Shown here: one piece after another, positions 39,071 to 49,954 of the stretch | Layout: each line of letters begins with the position of its first letter | Numbering within the stretch: position 1 is the stretch's first letter | NCBI GenBank assembly: GCA_026025075.1 | Contig: JAPEUI010000002.1 | Coordinates: 186,001 to 250,000 of the forward strand | From: Vezdaea acicularis | Lineage: Eukaryota | Length of the DNA: 64,000 bases | Direction: 5' to 3' | The notes under the pieces: generated by a model | Databases searched by the model: none | Told to the model about the DNA's origin: nothing | The model's input: only the letters and a program-made list of their open reading frames with translations | Made by a program: the position numbers and the translations under genes

Positions 39071-40876
39071 GCTAAGCACTTTAAAAGGACAGGTTTAGTG
39101 CTCAAGACTGACTCAGAGCATATCACATGAGAACAGACCAGCTGGGCGTACTAAAGCCCGGAAAGTGAATTGAATCTTGCAAGCAAATGTCTTTCACGCT
39201 TGTGCTTTCTTGTCGGTTGAAGCTTTTGTTGGAGGGCTACTACAACATCGGTCTGACCACGAGCAAAAGCAGCCGCTAATTAAAGGGAAATCCCAAACTG
39301 GGTTCGATTCGAGGGCGAAGGAAGCCACCGACGCAGGTGGCGAGTTAAAGAATAGCGGGCTTCGCGAGCGGGTAGTTTCAAGTTAAAGTGTGGCGGTTGG
39401 AAGGTGACAGCTACTGATGCTTCGTGATACGCCCTGAGGCTGCAAGTCGGCGAAACGAAACCTAGACAGGTTTTCGGGGTTTTTTGTGACGGACTCTCGA
39501 GCTCTACATAATCCTATCCACAATGATTTAACCAGCATTATTTTTCAAAGTCATATCGAGGTATCAATGCTAGCTATTGCATTACATCTTCATTATCTAA
39601 TATTTCCTATGGGACAGAGCACTGTGATCTCAGAATTACAAAGCGTCGCTTTGCGTCACTCCCTCAGGACGAGATGCATTAGCGCGGGGCAAGTTGGCTG
39701 GCGTTGCGCGTACGTCAGCAATCCTCAACGTGAAGGGGCTGCAGCCACGCTCAGGGAACGCCCATAGAGAAAAGGTAGTCATGTGATACCGGATATATAT
39801 CTTATTATCAGAAAAGAATTTTGCATTTCAATTCGTTCATTCATGAGGAGCAAAAGGCAGGATATTCAAGGGTAGGGCTCCAAGCTAGGACGTAATTACG
39901 TCGAACCGTGAGTTCGTAGAGCGCTCTGCTGCTTTGTAGGCAGCTAGAGTAGCGACGGTCTTGATGATAATACTTTTTCGAGGATCTGCCTTTCCTCATG
40001 AGGGTACGGTCCAGGGCAAGGTGGGTGGTAGAAGAGTCCGACAATACTAGTCTTCAAATGGAGAACAGGTCTTTGAGCCTGCCCGCATCTGGATAGCAAA
40101 TGAAGTACGTGCAACCTGTGTCATACTGGTAGGAAGTAGTTGCATCTTTCGTATTCTGCTCTTATGACTCAGACTTCTGCCTTTCGTAAGCTTCCAGAGG
40201 TAGAGAGCTCTTGATGATTGTACTTTGGACGTTTGCGTTAACTCGTCCATCAACTTTGGTGAGAATATACTATACCCCATCTCACCCAAAGCCTGGTAAG
40301 TGGTCTGGCCATTCCCGTTACATAGAGGTGAGAGCTATCAGCGTGATGCCTTGGCTACTGAAAAGCCAAACATGGAAATCTCTGTTCTCGAGTGGCGCTG
40401 GACATATATACCATGGAGGCGTGTATTGCGTGCCTGTCTTGAAGTAGGCGCTAAGCGCCGCTTTCCGCCCTGCTAACCCGCTTTGGCTACATAATGAAGG
40501 CAAGAGCCGAATCCCCTGGTCAACCATCGCCCGTGATTATCGAAGCCACATCTACCAGAAGACCGCCATAACAGCTCTTCATCCCGGATATATCGGTTTT
40601 TATCTGTCTTTCCGACATCTTAGTACGCTGTGAGCTTCAGCAGTGCCTTCTTTTCTTGTCCACATACCAAACTCCGTCAGAGCTTGCGAAACCAGCTTTC
40701 TGTTGCGCTAAGCTGCATCATAGCCCCGCCGTGCTCTCTCAAATCCGGCTGCCTCTCACTTTCTCCGCGCATTGACCTTTCGCGCGAACCAACTAAACTG
40801 GAACCGCATCCTTTATAAAGTTACTAGCTTTTGAATTTCTCTTCTCGATATTTACCTACCAACTTCGTATACAAAA

Positions 40877-41759
40877 ATGCGCATCTCATCCGCCCTCTTT
40901 CTTGCGCTTCCGCTGCTCGCAGCTGCGGAAGAGCAGAAGCCGTTGAAAGCATGGCTTGATAAGCTCTCTTCATACATCCCAAGCGCAGTACAGCATCCAA
41001 TCGAGAACGCTGCCGCCAAGTCTGCAAAGGTCCATGTCACGCATGTGACAATGTACAATCTAAAAGATACCCTCGTACCAAATGGACAGCCGCAGGAGTG
41101 GTGGGTGTATGTCACGGGGGGAAACACGACCTGCTTTGGTCAGTGCAAGATCACAGGACAGGCATGGAATGTAAGTCTAAAAGCTGTGAAGAGCTCACAG
41201 GGAGAGGGTTGCTCACAATCATACAGGAATCAGCAGCTCTCATCCAAGCCTCTTCGCACCCGCCGAAGCTCGGAACCATCAATTGCGAAGCCTCGCCTAT
41301 CCTTTGCAATATCTGGTCTGCCAAACCACCAGCCTTATGGCGCATCAACATCCCAGCTACTGTAGGTGAGCCAACAGAGATCCGGATCAAGGAACTCAAC
41401 AGCACGACGACGACGGCGAGTGAGCTCTTAAGTCTACGTACGGCAAAGAAGTGGGACCAAGTCCCAGTATACGATGGTCCCTTTCATCCATTCGACGGGA
41501 TCCTATCGAAGTTGGGCCTTAATGTTGTTGTGGGCTATGTGTTGTATGTGTATAACTTACTACCAAGCTGGTTCTTCATGGTCGCGATTAGTTTCATCTC
41601 GAGGAATTGGATGTAAGTCATCATCCGCTTCTCTAGTGATCTGTGCTTTGTATGTCGATGGTGCTGATAATTTGGGTTAGGGCTAAGAGGCAACAAAGGG
41701 TCGGGGGACCCAACCCTTATGTTGTAGCTTCGCCTGGTGATGCGCCCGCGGCGACTTAA
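40877..41759 (+). CDS. Signal-peptide, thioredoxin-like membrane protein of unknown function
   Basis: Signal peptide, WWVYVTGGNTTCFGQC...AWN|ES, LGTINCE...LCNIW and a C-terminal hydrophobic segment. Introns ~41171-41226 and ~41613-41680. Confidence 0.7.
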
Positions 41760-42028
41760 GGGGCGTTCAGTACGAAGCGGAAGGTTCGGTTTTAGGATAG
41801 GATGTTTGGGCTTGGTAGGCATGTGGTATTGGCATGTTTTCATGGATACGAGATACCACAAATCTTTTTATCTGAGGTGAGACTGCTTTGGCAATGTAGT
41901 TCGCACTGTTTTCCGTAAATAATTCAAGGTTTAAGGACATTCGGCATCGTTGGCTGGGCGAAGAATGTTGTGGTATCTCTCACTCTTTGCGCTATAGAGA
42001 CAATTGAAGCAATCTTCCGTAACACGCA

Positions 42029-43078
42029 TCATGCAGTGCCTATCGGCGGAGCCCCCGCCTTCTTCCTCCGCTCCGTCACCTCCTCGTACGCCTCCGTGCT
42101 CTTCCACGCACTCAGCAGAAGATTGATGATATGATCCACGCCCTTCCCATGCTTAACCTGTGCAAAGATTGTCGGGCCGCCCTCCCGCATCTTCATCGCA
42201 TCCCTCTCCATGACGCCCAAATCGGCTCCAATCAGCTCCGCCAAATCCGTCTTATTCACCACGAGCAGATCACTCTGGGTGATGCCCGGCCCGCCCTTCC
42301 TGGGTATCTTATCCCCACCACTAACATCGATCACGTAGATGATATAGTCTGCGAGTTCCCGGCTGTAGTTCGCAGCCAGATTGTCGCCCCCGCTCTCGAT
42401 GAAGAGGAGCTCGGTCCCGAACTCGGCGTGTAGCGATTCGAGAGCGCCTAGATTGGCGGAGATGTCTTCCCGCACGGCGGCATGTGGGCAGCCGCCGGTT
42501 TCGATGGCGCGGATGCGTTGTGCGGGAAGCGCGTCGTGTCGGTGGAGGAAGTCGGCGTCTTCGCGCGTGAAGATGTCGTTGGTCACGGCGGCGAGGCTGT
42601 AGCGGTCACGGAGGGTAAGGAGGAGCGCGAGAAGGAGAGCGGTTTTGCCACTACCGACGGGGCTGTAAGAATGGTTGTTGGGTTAGCCATGCTTGAGCAG
42701 CTTTTGTGGAGTTTATTTTCGCGTAACAGTATAAGACACCACTGACGAAGGGGCCCCCTTTCGGATGGATCATAAGCCAGATTGTTCGTCCCCTAAGCTG
42801 ATTCGCAATCAAGGCCTCTGGAGGCGGCTCTTCTCCAGTGTAGTCTCGAACTATTAGAGAACTGACGGGTTGAGGACTTACCCGCCAATGCCAATTGTGA
42901 AGGCTCGCTGCGAGAAGTCTCGCCCCTCGATGATGGGGGGCTCGCGGTTTACATATGAGCCTGGGCCGTCTAGGATTTCATGCGAGTGGCCATGTTCTTG
43001 GAGGGTCTGTGAATGGTCATGGGTGTGCATTGGGCCGCCATCATGAGAGTGTTCTGCCATCCTGTCTTGCTGCGACAT
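42029..43078 (-). CDS. ureG: Urease accessory GTPase UreG
   Basis: His-rich N-terminus, IGIGG|PVGSGKT P-loop, [23 protein letters not shown] and NKTD. One ~220-nt intron. Confidence 0.96.
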
Positions 43079-43228
43079 AAACGCAGGAAGTTGGAGGCTC
43101 TTGATGTAGATTGGCGGGGCATGTCACATAAACCCCGCGCCTCGGCTCGTCCCGACTCTAGCATGGCGTGGATATGATCATCTGGAAGAATCTACGTGTA
43201 ACGACTGTCGGAACGCCTAAAATTGAAA

Positions 43229-43885
43229 TTATCCACTCAGCAGCGCCTTCATATTTGTCAAGCCTTCCAACATGAAAATCGGTGGTCCCCGTAACTTGCA
43301 GGACCGCGACCTGTGACCTGCCCGCCTCTCGCATGTAGCGCCTTGCGTCGTCCCACCCGACTGAGAGTTTGGCCTTGTCCTCTCTAAAGGACCATTTGCA
43401 GTGGACTGCTGCGAAGGAAGCTCCAAAACCAAGTACCCGTCGCGGCAAAGACAGCGCTGTCTGCAATAATTCTCTAGGTCAGATAACCTAGCCATTTCTG
43501 CCTCATATTCATTTTCTCGCGCCATTCTCTCGTTCGCGTCGGCTGCATAATAAAATGTGATGTCCCAGTCCCATGCCACTCTGCTTCTCAGGCTTTCATT
43601 ATTCAACTCTCCGTTAACGCACTGTAGCCCCGCACGCCATCCATAGACAGAGCGAACATTTGCATGCGAAACGAGCTGCGGCCATGCAGCACAGAGGTCG
43701 AGTAAATCAGTGGCAGGTCGGTCGTAGCCGAAAGCCGAATTGGGAGCTGTGGGACGTTGACTGAAAGGTTGGTTGGGGACACGACCTAGGCAGACAATAT
43801 CCGTGCTGGGAATAGTATTGCGAGAAGTAGTGCAGGTGACCAGGGCGGCAGCGGCGAGGGTGAAGAGGACATGAAAGAAGGCCAT
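43229..43885 (-). CDS. Small secreted cysteine-containing protein (orphan / effector-like)
   Basis: Intronless 218-codon ORF with signal peptide MAFFHVLFTLAAAALVTC and about 8 mature Cys, including YCRQRCLC. Confidence 0.65.
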   Translation of the reverse strand: MAFFHVLFTLAAAALVTCTTSRNTIPSTDIVCLGRVPNQPFSQRPTAPNSAFGYDRPATDLLDLCAAWPQLVSHANVRSVYGWRAGLQCVNGELNNESLRSRVAWDWDITFYYAADANERMARENEYEAEMARLSDLENYCRQRCLCRDGYLVLELPSQQSTANGPLERTRPNSQSGGTTQGATCERRAGHRSRSCKLRGPPIFMLEGLTNMKALLSG

Positions 43886-44867
43886 GGCATGTTCTAGGAA
43901 GCGAGGCCGTGATGGCGGGAATAGAGGAGGGGTTGAGAGCGGGGGCAATAGTGGAATATAAGAGAGATCAGTAGAGCGAAAGGAGTCCCGTGCTCATTAG
44001 GCGTTCTGCAATCACCTGCGGTGGGAGAGATTCTAAAAATCCCTCGTTATCCGTGCTTGCGTATCAAAGAAACTTAGAATTACTTAAGACAACGGGCGGA
44101 CCATCAACAATTGTGAAAGTGCTATTCCTTGCCTTTGGACAGAGCATAGATAGACTCCATAATTGATATTGGTGGAATGCCGGCAGATCAAAGACGCTTG
44201 GCGACATTAGCTAAAAAAGAAAGCCTGCATTGGAATAACTAAATGTATCCAAAAGACGCTCCATCTGACCCAAGTTATATGAACGATGTCGGCACGCTAT
44301 TGGGCCTTATGTCCTACAAGGACACCTAATACAGACGACGGGCTAGGGAGGAAGGCGGCCCCTAACCCTGGTCGGGCTGAAGGGGAGCAGTCATGAGATT
44401 CTGGAGAGATGAGCCTCCATCTGGGTCTCGCATAGATCAGTAGAATTTGATTAAGAAGCTATATGCTAGCGGTTTCCATATAGATGTGAGGACTAGACCA
44501 GAATGGGGCCCTAGAGTTGACGGTGGAAGCTCTGGGTCTGATACTATAGCTAGTATTCTGATACTGCTCTAGAGGCTTGAGGGTCCCCCGTCCGCTGGCA
44601 GCAGATGGTCGCAAGATCATCGCACGTATGCCTGTAAAGAATTTCAATTTGACTATAAACAATTTCCGGTCGTGCACGAGCATTGCCCAGAAATTGTCCA
44701 GCAATTGTCATCTGGCGATAGTAAATATCAATCAAAAAATGCTACTGGGTGATGGATTGAGAAGGTCAGTGCAAATGTGGTTTATACTACATATTTGGGG
44801 TAGGAAATTTCAGTTACTCGGGTGTAACCTGAGGACCAATACCAAGATCGTTTCAAGCGATCAATCA

Positions 44868-44950
44868 TCTTCCTTGGTCTAGTGGTCATGATTTCCGCTT
44901 GTCATAATGACAAGACGCGGGAGACCGGGGTTCGATTCCCCGAGGGAGAG
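44868..44950 (+). tRNA. tRNA-Asp(GTC) with an 11-nt intron
   Basis: Acceptor stem TCTTCCT/AGGGAGA, D-arm TAGTGG, anticodon stem TCCGC/GCGGG with loop TT-GTC-A^C, intron TAATGACAAGA, T-arm CGGGG-TTCGATT-CCCCG, discriminator G, and T4 runs downstream. Confidence 0.96.
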
Positions 44951-45468
44951 GGGATATATACCTTTTGATTCTTTTCAAGTTACATTTCTTTTATCTTTGC
45001 AGATCGTCCTCAAAGAAGATGCGCAACTTGCCTGTAATACGCTGAGTTGAAATCTAGCACTGATCGTCTGGCGGGTGCTTGAAGTTTGTTTTTGAGACAA
45101 GCTCTCGACTCTTGATCGGTTTCACGAAAATCCTACCAACGTCGCCTATCAACAACGACGTCACTTGCGTGCTTTCTCAACTCTCGATTGCTTTCGTTCT
45201 CTTGCTAAATAGAGCCCGGTTTAAGTCTTAGACCTGAATTGGATTGTGTCCCAAAGCTAAAGGTTTGGGTAGGGTAGTGACTGGCAACGCCGACCCCTCA
45301 GAGTCACTGCTGCTATTGCGGGATGCTTCATTCTCATTCTCATTAATCTGTTCAGTTTGAATGTGTAGAGACCCTTGTTGTCTAGTCTTTATCGAGCTCA
45401 CACGCTCTGTCTAATCATTTGTCTTACCCTTTATCTGTCAATATATCTACTTCATACGCTTCCTAGCT

Positions 45469-47466
45469 ATGGCCCCCTGGTCATCCAAGGACCCGCCAAA
45501 GGATGGCCATGATCTTCATACTCTCCTCGATGCTGATCAGCGCGGCGACCTTACTTTCCTCATTGCTAGTGCTACAGCATCAATGAGAAAATCTATAAAT
45601 GACACATTCGACTCCGCATTCACTACCAAGGCCCCCAACCCCCTACCAGCCAGCAAGGACAACCCTAACATTGATAAGTCGACCTTGACCAAGGAGCAGA
45701 TAGAAACACAGCAGAAACACTTGGAGAGACGAAAAAAGGAGCTCTCGGAACCTAAGTTGCAGGAACTCAAGCAAGCGGCTCTAGACTACTTTGACGACTG
45801 GCGCGGCTCCGTAATCCGCAGAGTTGGGGAGGTCGTCAACTCTAAAGAAGAAGCCGAGGCGCAAGAGAAAGTCGCCCCTGCCGTGCCCGTAGAAGTCCCG
45901 CAGAAGAAGCTCGATGACGACAAGCCAGACGAGAATGTCGATACAGCTCTCCAGGAGCTCTATCCGCCCATCAAGACCTCCTTGGCGGATTTGGACAAAG
46001 ATCACAGGACGCTCGTACTGCACTCCATGCTCTTACTTCTTCTATCCCTGGAGCACTACTCTGCACACTCGCGAACCCTCCTTCTGTATACTGCCTCATC
46101 TCTAAACCTCTCCATCAAAACCCTATCAGAAGATGAGGTCAAGCTATCTCACGGCCTTGTCGAGGTTGCCAAGCACATGTCCGCCGACACAGAAGCGCAT
46201 AAGCGTGTCGAGGAAAATAAATCCTCCCGAGCGTGGAAAGTCGGTCTTGCCTCTGTCGCTGGTGCTGCCATCATCGGCGTCACAGGAGGCCTAGCAGCCC
46301 CACTTGTTGCCGCTGGTGTTGGCACAGTCATGGGTGGACTTGGCCTGGGAGCTACTGCTGCTGCTGGATACCTGGGAGTCCTCGCCGAGAGTGGCATCGT
46401 GGTAGGAAGCCTCTTCGGAGCGTATGGCGGGCGCATGACTGGGAAGATGATGGACGAGTATGCACGAGAGGTCGAAGACTTTGCCTTTCTTCCCGTCAGA
46501 GGGTCACGCAAACATCTCTTCAAGGCCGCCAAAGAAGCAGCAACCGAGGATCGCCGGTTACGAGTCACGATTGGAATATCAGGCTGGCTCACGTCGCCTG
46601 AAGAGATCGTCACTCCTTGGAGGGTCATTAGGCCAGCTGCAGAAACGTTTGCGCTGAGATGGGAAATGGAAGCGTTGCTGAAACTGGGGAACTCTATGGA
46701 GTCGCTGGTCAAGAGCGCAGCATGGGGCTATGCTAAGAGCGAGATCTTACGGCGGACAGTCTTTGGGGCACTGGGGGAAGCGCTCTGGCCCATTGGGCTT
46801 TTGAAAGTCAGCAAGATTGTCGATAATCCGTTCAGCGTTGCAAAAGCACGTGCGGACAAGGCGGGGCAGGTCCTCGCGGATGCCTTGATCAACAAAGCTC
46901 AAGGTGAGCGCGCCGTCACGTTGATCGGCTTCTCGCTGGGAGCCCGGGTTATCTACTCCTGTCTGATGTCACTTGCCTCAAAACGAGCGTTTGGCTTGGT
47001 GGAGTCCGTCATCCTCATGGGCGCGCCGGCGCCGAGCGAAGCCAGCGACTGGCGGTGCATTCGCAGCGTCGTCACTGGACGAGTCGTTAATGTCTTCTCC
47101 GAGAACGACTACATTCTCGGCTTTCTATACCGCACGAGCAGCATCCAATACGGCGTTGCTGGTCTAGAGAAGATCGACGACGTGAAGGGGATCGAGAACG
47201 TCGACGTCAGCAAGATGATATCAGGCCATCTCCGGTATCGGTATCTCAGCGGGAGTATCCTGAAGAAGATCGGGTACGAGGACGTAGATCTAGAGGAGGT
47301 CGCGAAGGAGGAAGAGACGTTGAAGCTGGTCGAGCAGGCCGAGGGTCTGGAGGAGGGGAAGGACGTCGACCCGGAGGAGGAGGAGAAGCGGATGGAGAGG
47401 GAGGTCCGGGAGAAGAACGAGCAGACGATGATGCAGAAGGCGGCGCACAAGATGCATATCACGTAG
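45469..47466 (+). CDS. DUF726 alpha/beta-hydrolase-like membrane protein (TMCO4/Mil1 family)
   Basis: Intronless 665 aa. Gly/Ala-rich IGVTGGLAAP segment, IGISGWL, DNPFSVAKARADKAG and nucleophile-elbow LIGFSLGARV. Confidence 0.9.
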   Translation: MAPWSSKDPPKDGHDLHTLLDADQRGDLTFLIASATASMRKSINDTFDSAFTTKAPNPLPASKDNPNIDKSTLTKEQIETQQKHLERRKKELSEPKLQELKQAALDYFDDWRGSVIRRVGEVVNSKEEAEAQEKVAPAVPVEVPQKKLDDDKPDENVDTALQELYPPIKTSLADLDKDHRTLVLHSMLLLLLSLEHYSAHSRTLLLYTASSLNLSIKTLSEDEVKLSHGLVEVAKHMSADTEAHKRVEENKSSRAWKVGLASVAGAAIIGVTGGLAAPLVAAGVGTVMGGLGLGATAAAGYLGVLAESGIVVGSLFGAYGGRMTGKMMDEYAREVEDFAFLPVRGSRKHLFKAAKEAATEDRRLRVTIGISGWLTSPEEIVTPWRVIRPAAETFALRWEMEALLKLGNSMESLVKSAAWGYAKSEILRRTVFGALGEALWPIGLLKVSKIVDNPFSVAKARADKAGQVLADALINKAQGERAVTLIGFSLGARVIYSCLMSLASKRAFGLVESVILMGAPAPSEASDWRCIRSVVTGRVVNVFSENDYILGFLYRTSSIQYGVAGLEKIDDVKGIENVDVSKMISGHLRYRYLSGSILKKIGYEDVDLEEVAKEEETLKLVEQAEGLEEGKDVDPEEEEKRMEREVREKNEQTMMQKAAHKMHIT

Positions 47467-47545
47467 GCCTCGGGATTCCGAGGCTATGTCTAATGAAGTT
47501 TGACGTTGCTCTGATTGATTGACTGTAGAAAGATTTTTGTACAGC

Positions 47546-47725
47546 GCGAAGCTTCCCAATACATGGGAAGCTTCTAAGCATATGCGAAGGTCCCCGGTAC
47601 ATGCGGAGGTCTCCCGTATATGCACCGCACGCCGGTATATGCAAAGTCCCACAGTATGTTTGGACCTCACTGTCCCAAAACATCTACGAAGCTCTCCCGA
47701 CAAATGCGAAGTTCCCCGACACATT
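47546..47725. repeat. Degenerate 19-bp tandem array (consensus ~GCGAAGNTCCCCGGTAYAT)
   Basis: Six consecutive 19-nt units (47546-47659), a 26-nt interruption, then two 20-nt units. Confidence 0.7.
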
Positions 47726-49954
47726 GCCGTTCGCCGTTTCTCGGACCTCTCCCCATACATCGCGCCGCAAAGCCAAGAATTCCACTCGCTTGGGAAACGT
47801 AACGGTTTCGGTGCTCTCGCGGTAATACCCGCCATGAGTCGACTTACCTCGTCGTGTTTGTCATGGTCCGCGGAGACCGAGTATGGCCGAAAGCATGTGC
47901 CGCCGAGCAACATGCCCCAACCGCTATCTCTCAGCGATCGCCCAGCCTTGCTGGTGTGCGGGCGTACTTGTAATCTCAAAATTTTCCGCAGAACTTGCCT
48001 TTCCAAGAAACCCTGAGCTGGGCAACAACCGACCAACCGACCAGCCGGCCGACCTAATCGCCAGCCTCGGACCGATCGTCTGGAAGTCTGAGCCGTGCGG
48101 GTTTCCCCCCCCCCTCCTTGGCTTATTTGCCGGATTGACCGAGTGGCGATGATGGCTCAGGGGCTCTCTCGCTCGTCGCTCGTATGGACGAGGTCCCATT
48201 CGCTCTCGGCAAAAAGCAAGACGAGCGAACACGAAATGACCCCTGCCAAGGCCCGGCCAAGGCCGCCTAGACGACGGCGGGTGGTGGGCGGGCGGCCGAG
48301 TCGATTCGGTCGGGTCGAGAAGGTCAATGGCCGGACTGCTGGGCAGACTCAAATTTCGTCCGGCTCGTTCCAAGCGACGGGCCATGGTCGGTCGTTGGCT
48401 TTGGTCGTCACGATGGCGGCTTCGCTTGGACGCGCATGCAAGGAGACGCGTTGGGGGGGAGGGTGGGGACGGGAGCCGCAGGGGCAAGCGCTTAAGCGAG
48501 AACCGCGGCCGTGAAGCTTGGGCCAGCGGTTTGTTTGCCCTTTGGCACGCACGCGCAGAGAGCAAGCAGGATGGGCAGATTGGGCAAAGGGGGGGGGAAA
48601 ATACGAGACGCCCATGCTTGGCAGACGCCTTCTGCTGGGTGCACCCACCGCCCGGCGTGGCATCGACGTCTGCTGGGACCGCTGAGGTTGCGGAACGTCC
48701 ATCCGACCGCGCCGGTTCTGGATGATGTTTGCTTGGGCCATGGAGATTCAAGGGAGGGGGGTTGTGCTGAATCGATACTCGCCCGCATGGTCTCGTGCCT
48801 CGTCCCTCGCAGCTATCGTCGCCGATGCACTGTTCGTCGAGGGCGAGGCGGTTCTATAAGTACTGGAGCGGCCGTGAGGGTGTCGTCCGGACGCCACGAG
48901 CGCTCAGGGTTATTGCCCTCGCCACCCCACCCTGGGCCGGGGCTGGTGCGACTCGGAGAGTTGTGGGTGTCCCCGCTCAAGCACCCTCCCGATCGGGTAA
49001 CGACCGATGCTGCAGGAACGCGCCTTCTCCACGCTGCCCCAACGCACCAGGGCCCCGGGGGGGGGGACCAGTCGCCGCTGCCCTCACGCGAGGGTCAAGC
49101 GAGCTACTTCGCTAGTCCGAGCCGGTGGCGCCTGACTGTTCGACGTTTAATTTCCACCCGGTCGCCGCCAGCCAATCGCATTTCGCCGTCCGCGCATCTT
49201 TTCCCCTGAGCGCTGGGTTGGTCGAAAAGGGAAATCGATCACACGGCGGACGGCGACGCGGTCGGTCGATCTCTCGTCGCCCCCCCCCTGCGGTCGTGAA
49301 ACGCACGACCCCATGCGCCAAGATGCGGCCGGGCAATTCTGGGCTCTTGGACCCTCATGCAATTCTGCTGCAGTTGCCGGCCGGTGCTGGGGCCCTTGCG
49401 TGGACGCTCGTCCCAAGACCGGCTAGCGCGGGCTAGCGCGGGCTAGGGCAAGGCCCCGGGGGCTTCCATGTCAATATCGCCCTGACGCCATACGCCGCTA
49501 GACCGCTCGGCTCTCGCCGATGTAACCTCCTGTCCCGCGCTCTCTTGCCCTCTCCTCCCCTCGCCGTCCTCTCGTCCCTATCGCCCCAATCTCCAGTCTA
49601 AGCCTCCACCTGCGACGATGTCTGCTCTTGGGCGCTTCTTTTGCCAACCAACTATCCCCTTTCGGCCACGAGACCTGGAGCGGTCGAGACGACGCCGTGG
49701 AGGGTGCGGCGGAAAGCTAGCGCCTGTGTTGTCCCCAATGGGGCCTAATGGAGAGCGCACAGGCGCCCCCTATCACGGTCCCGCCAAGTTAACCATAAAA
49801 CTTTGTTGGTTTTATAGTTAGAATCGCCCGCTCTCTTCCTTTTTGTTCTTCACCACCTTTGGCCTCACTCTTTTTGGGCCCCCCCCCCTTCCTCCACAGC
49901 CGACCTTCGTTCGGAGCTGTTGTCACTCGTTTTTTCTTGCTCTAGCTGCCAGTC

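Noticed and set aside
39800..40600. Chain of short minus-strand ORFs between PBS2 and the thioredoxin-like gene
   Set aside because: Could not be joined into a credible protein.
42663..42881. Two small hairpins in the long ureG intron (possible snoRNA or stwintron)
   Set aside because: Stems are only 6-8 bp, with no convincing C/D or H/ACA boxes and no nested splice sites.
44360..44369. CCCTAACCCT telomere-like 10-mer (possible telomerase RNA template or interstitial telomere)
   Set aside because: A single short match with only ~500 nt before the tRNA, and no pseudoknot or other telomerase RNA elements recognised; can occur by chance.
47546..47725. CRISPR-like interpretation of the periodic array
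   Set aside because: Eukaryotic context, no identical repeats separated by unique spacers, and no cas genes.
47290..49436. Many overlapping 100-275 aa ORFs on both strands
   Set aside because: Arg/Pro/Gly-rich translations with no motifs; expected from high GC and few stop codons.
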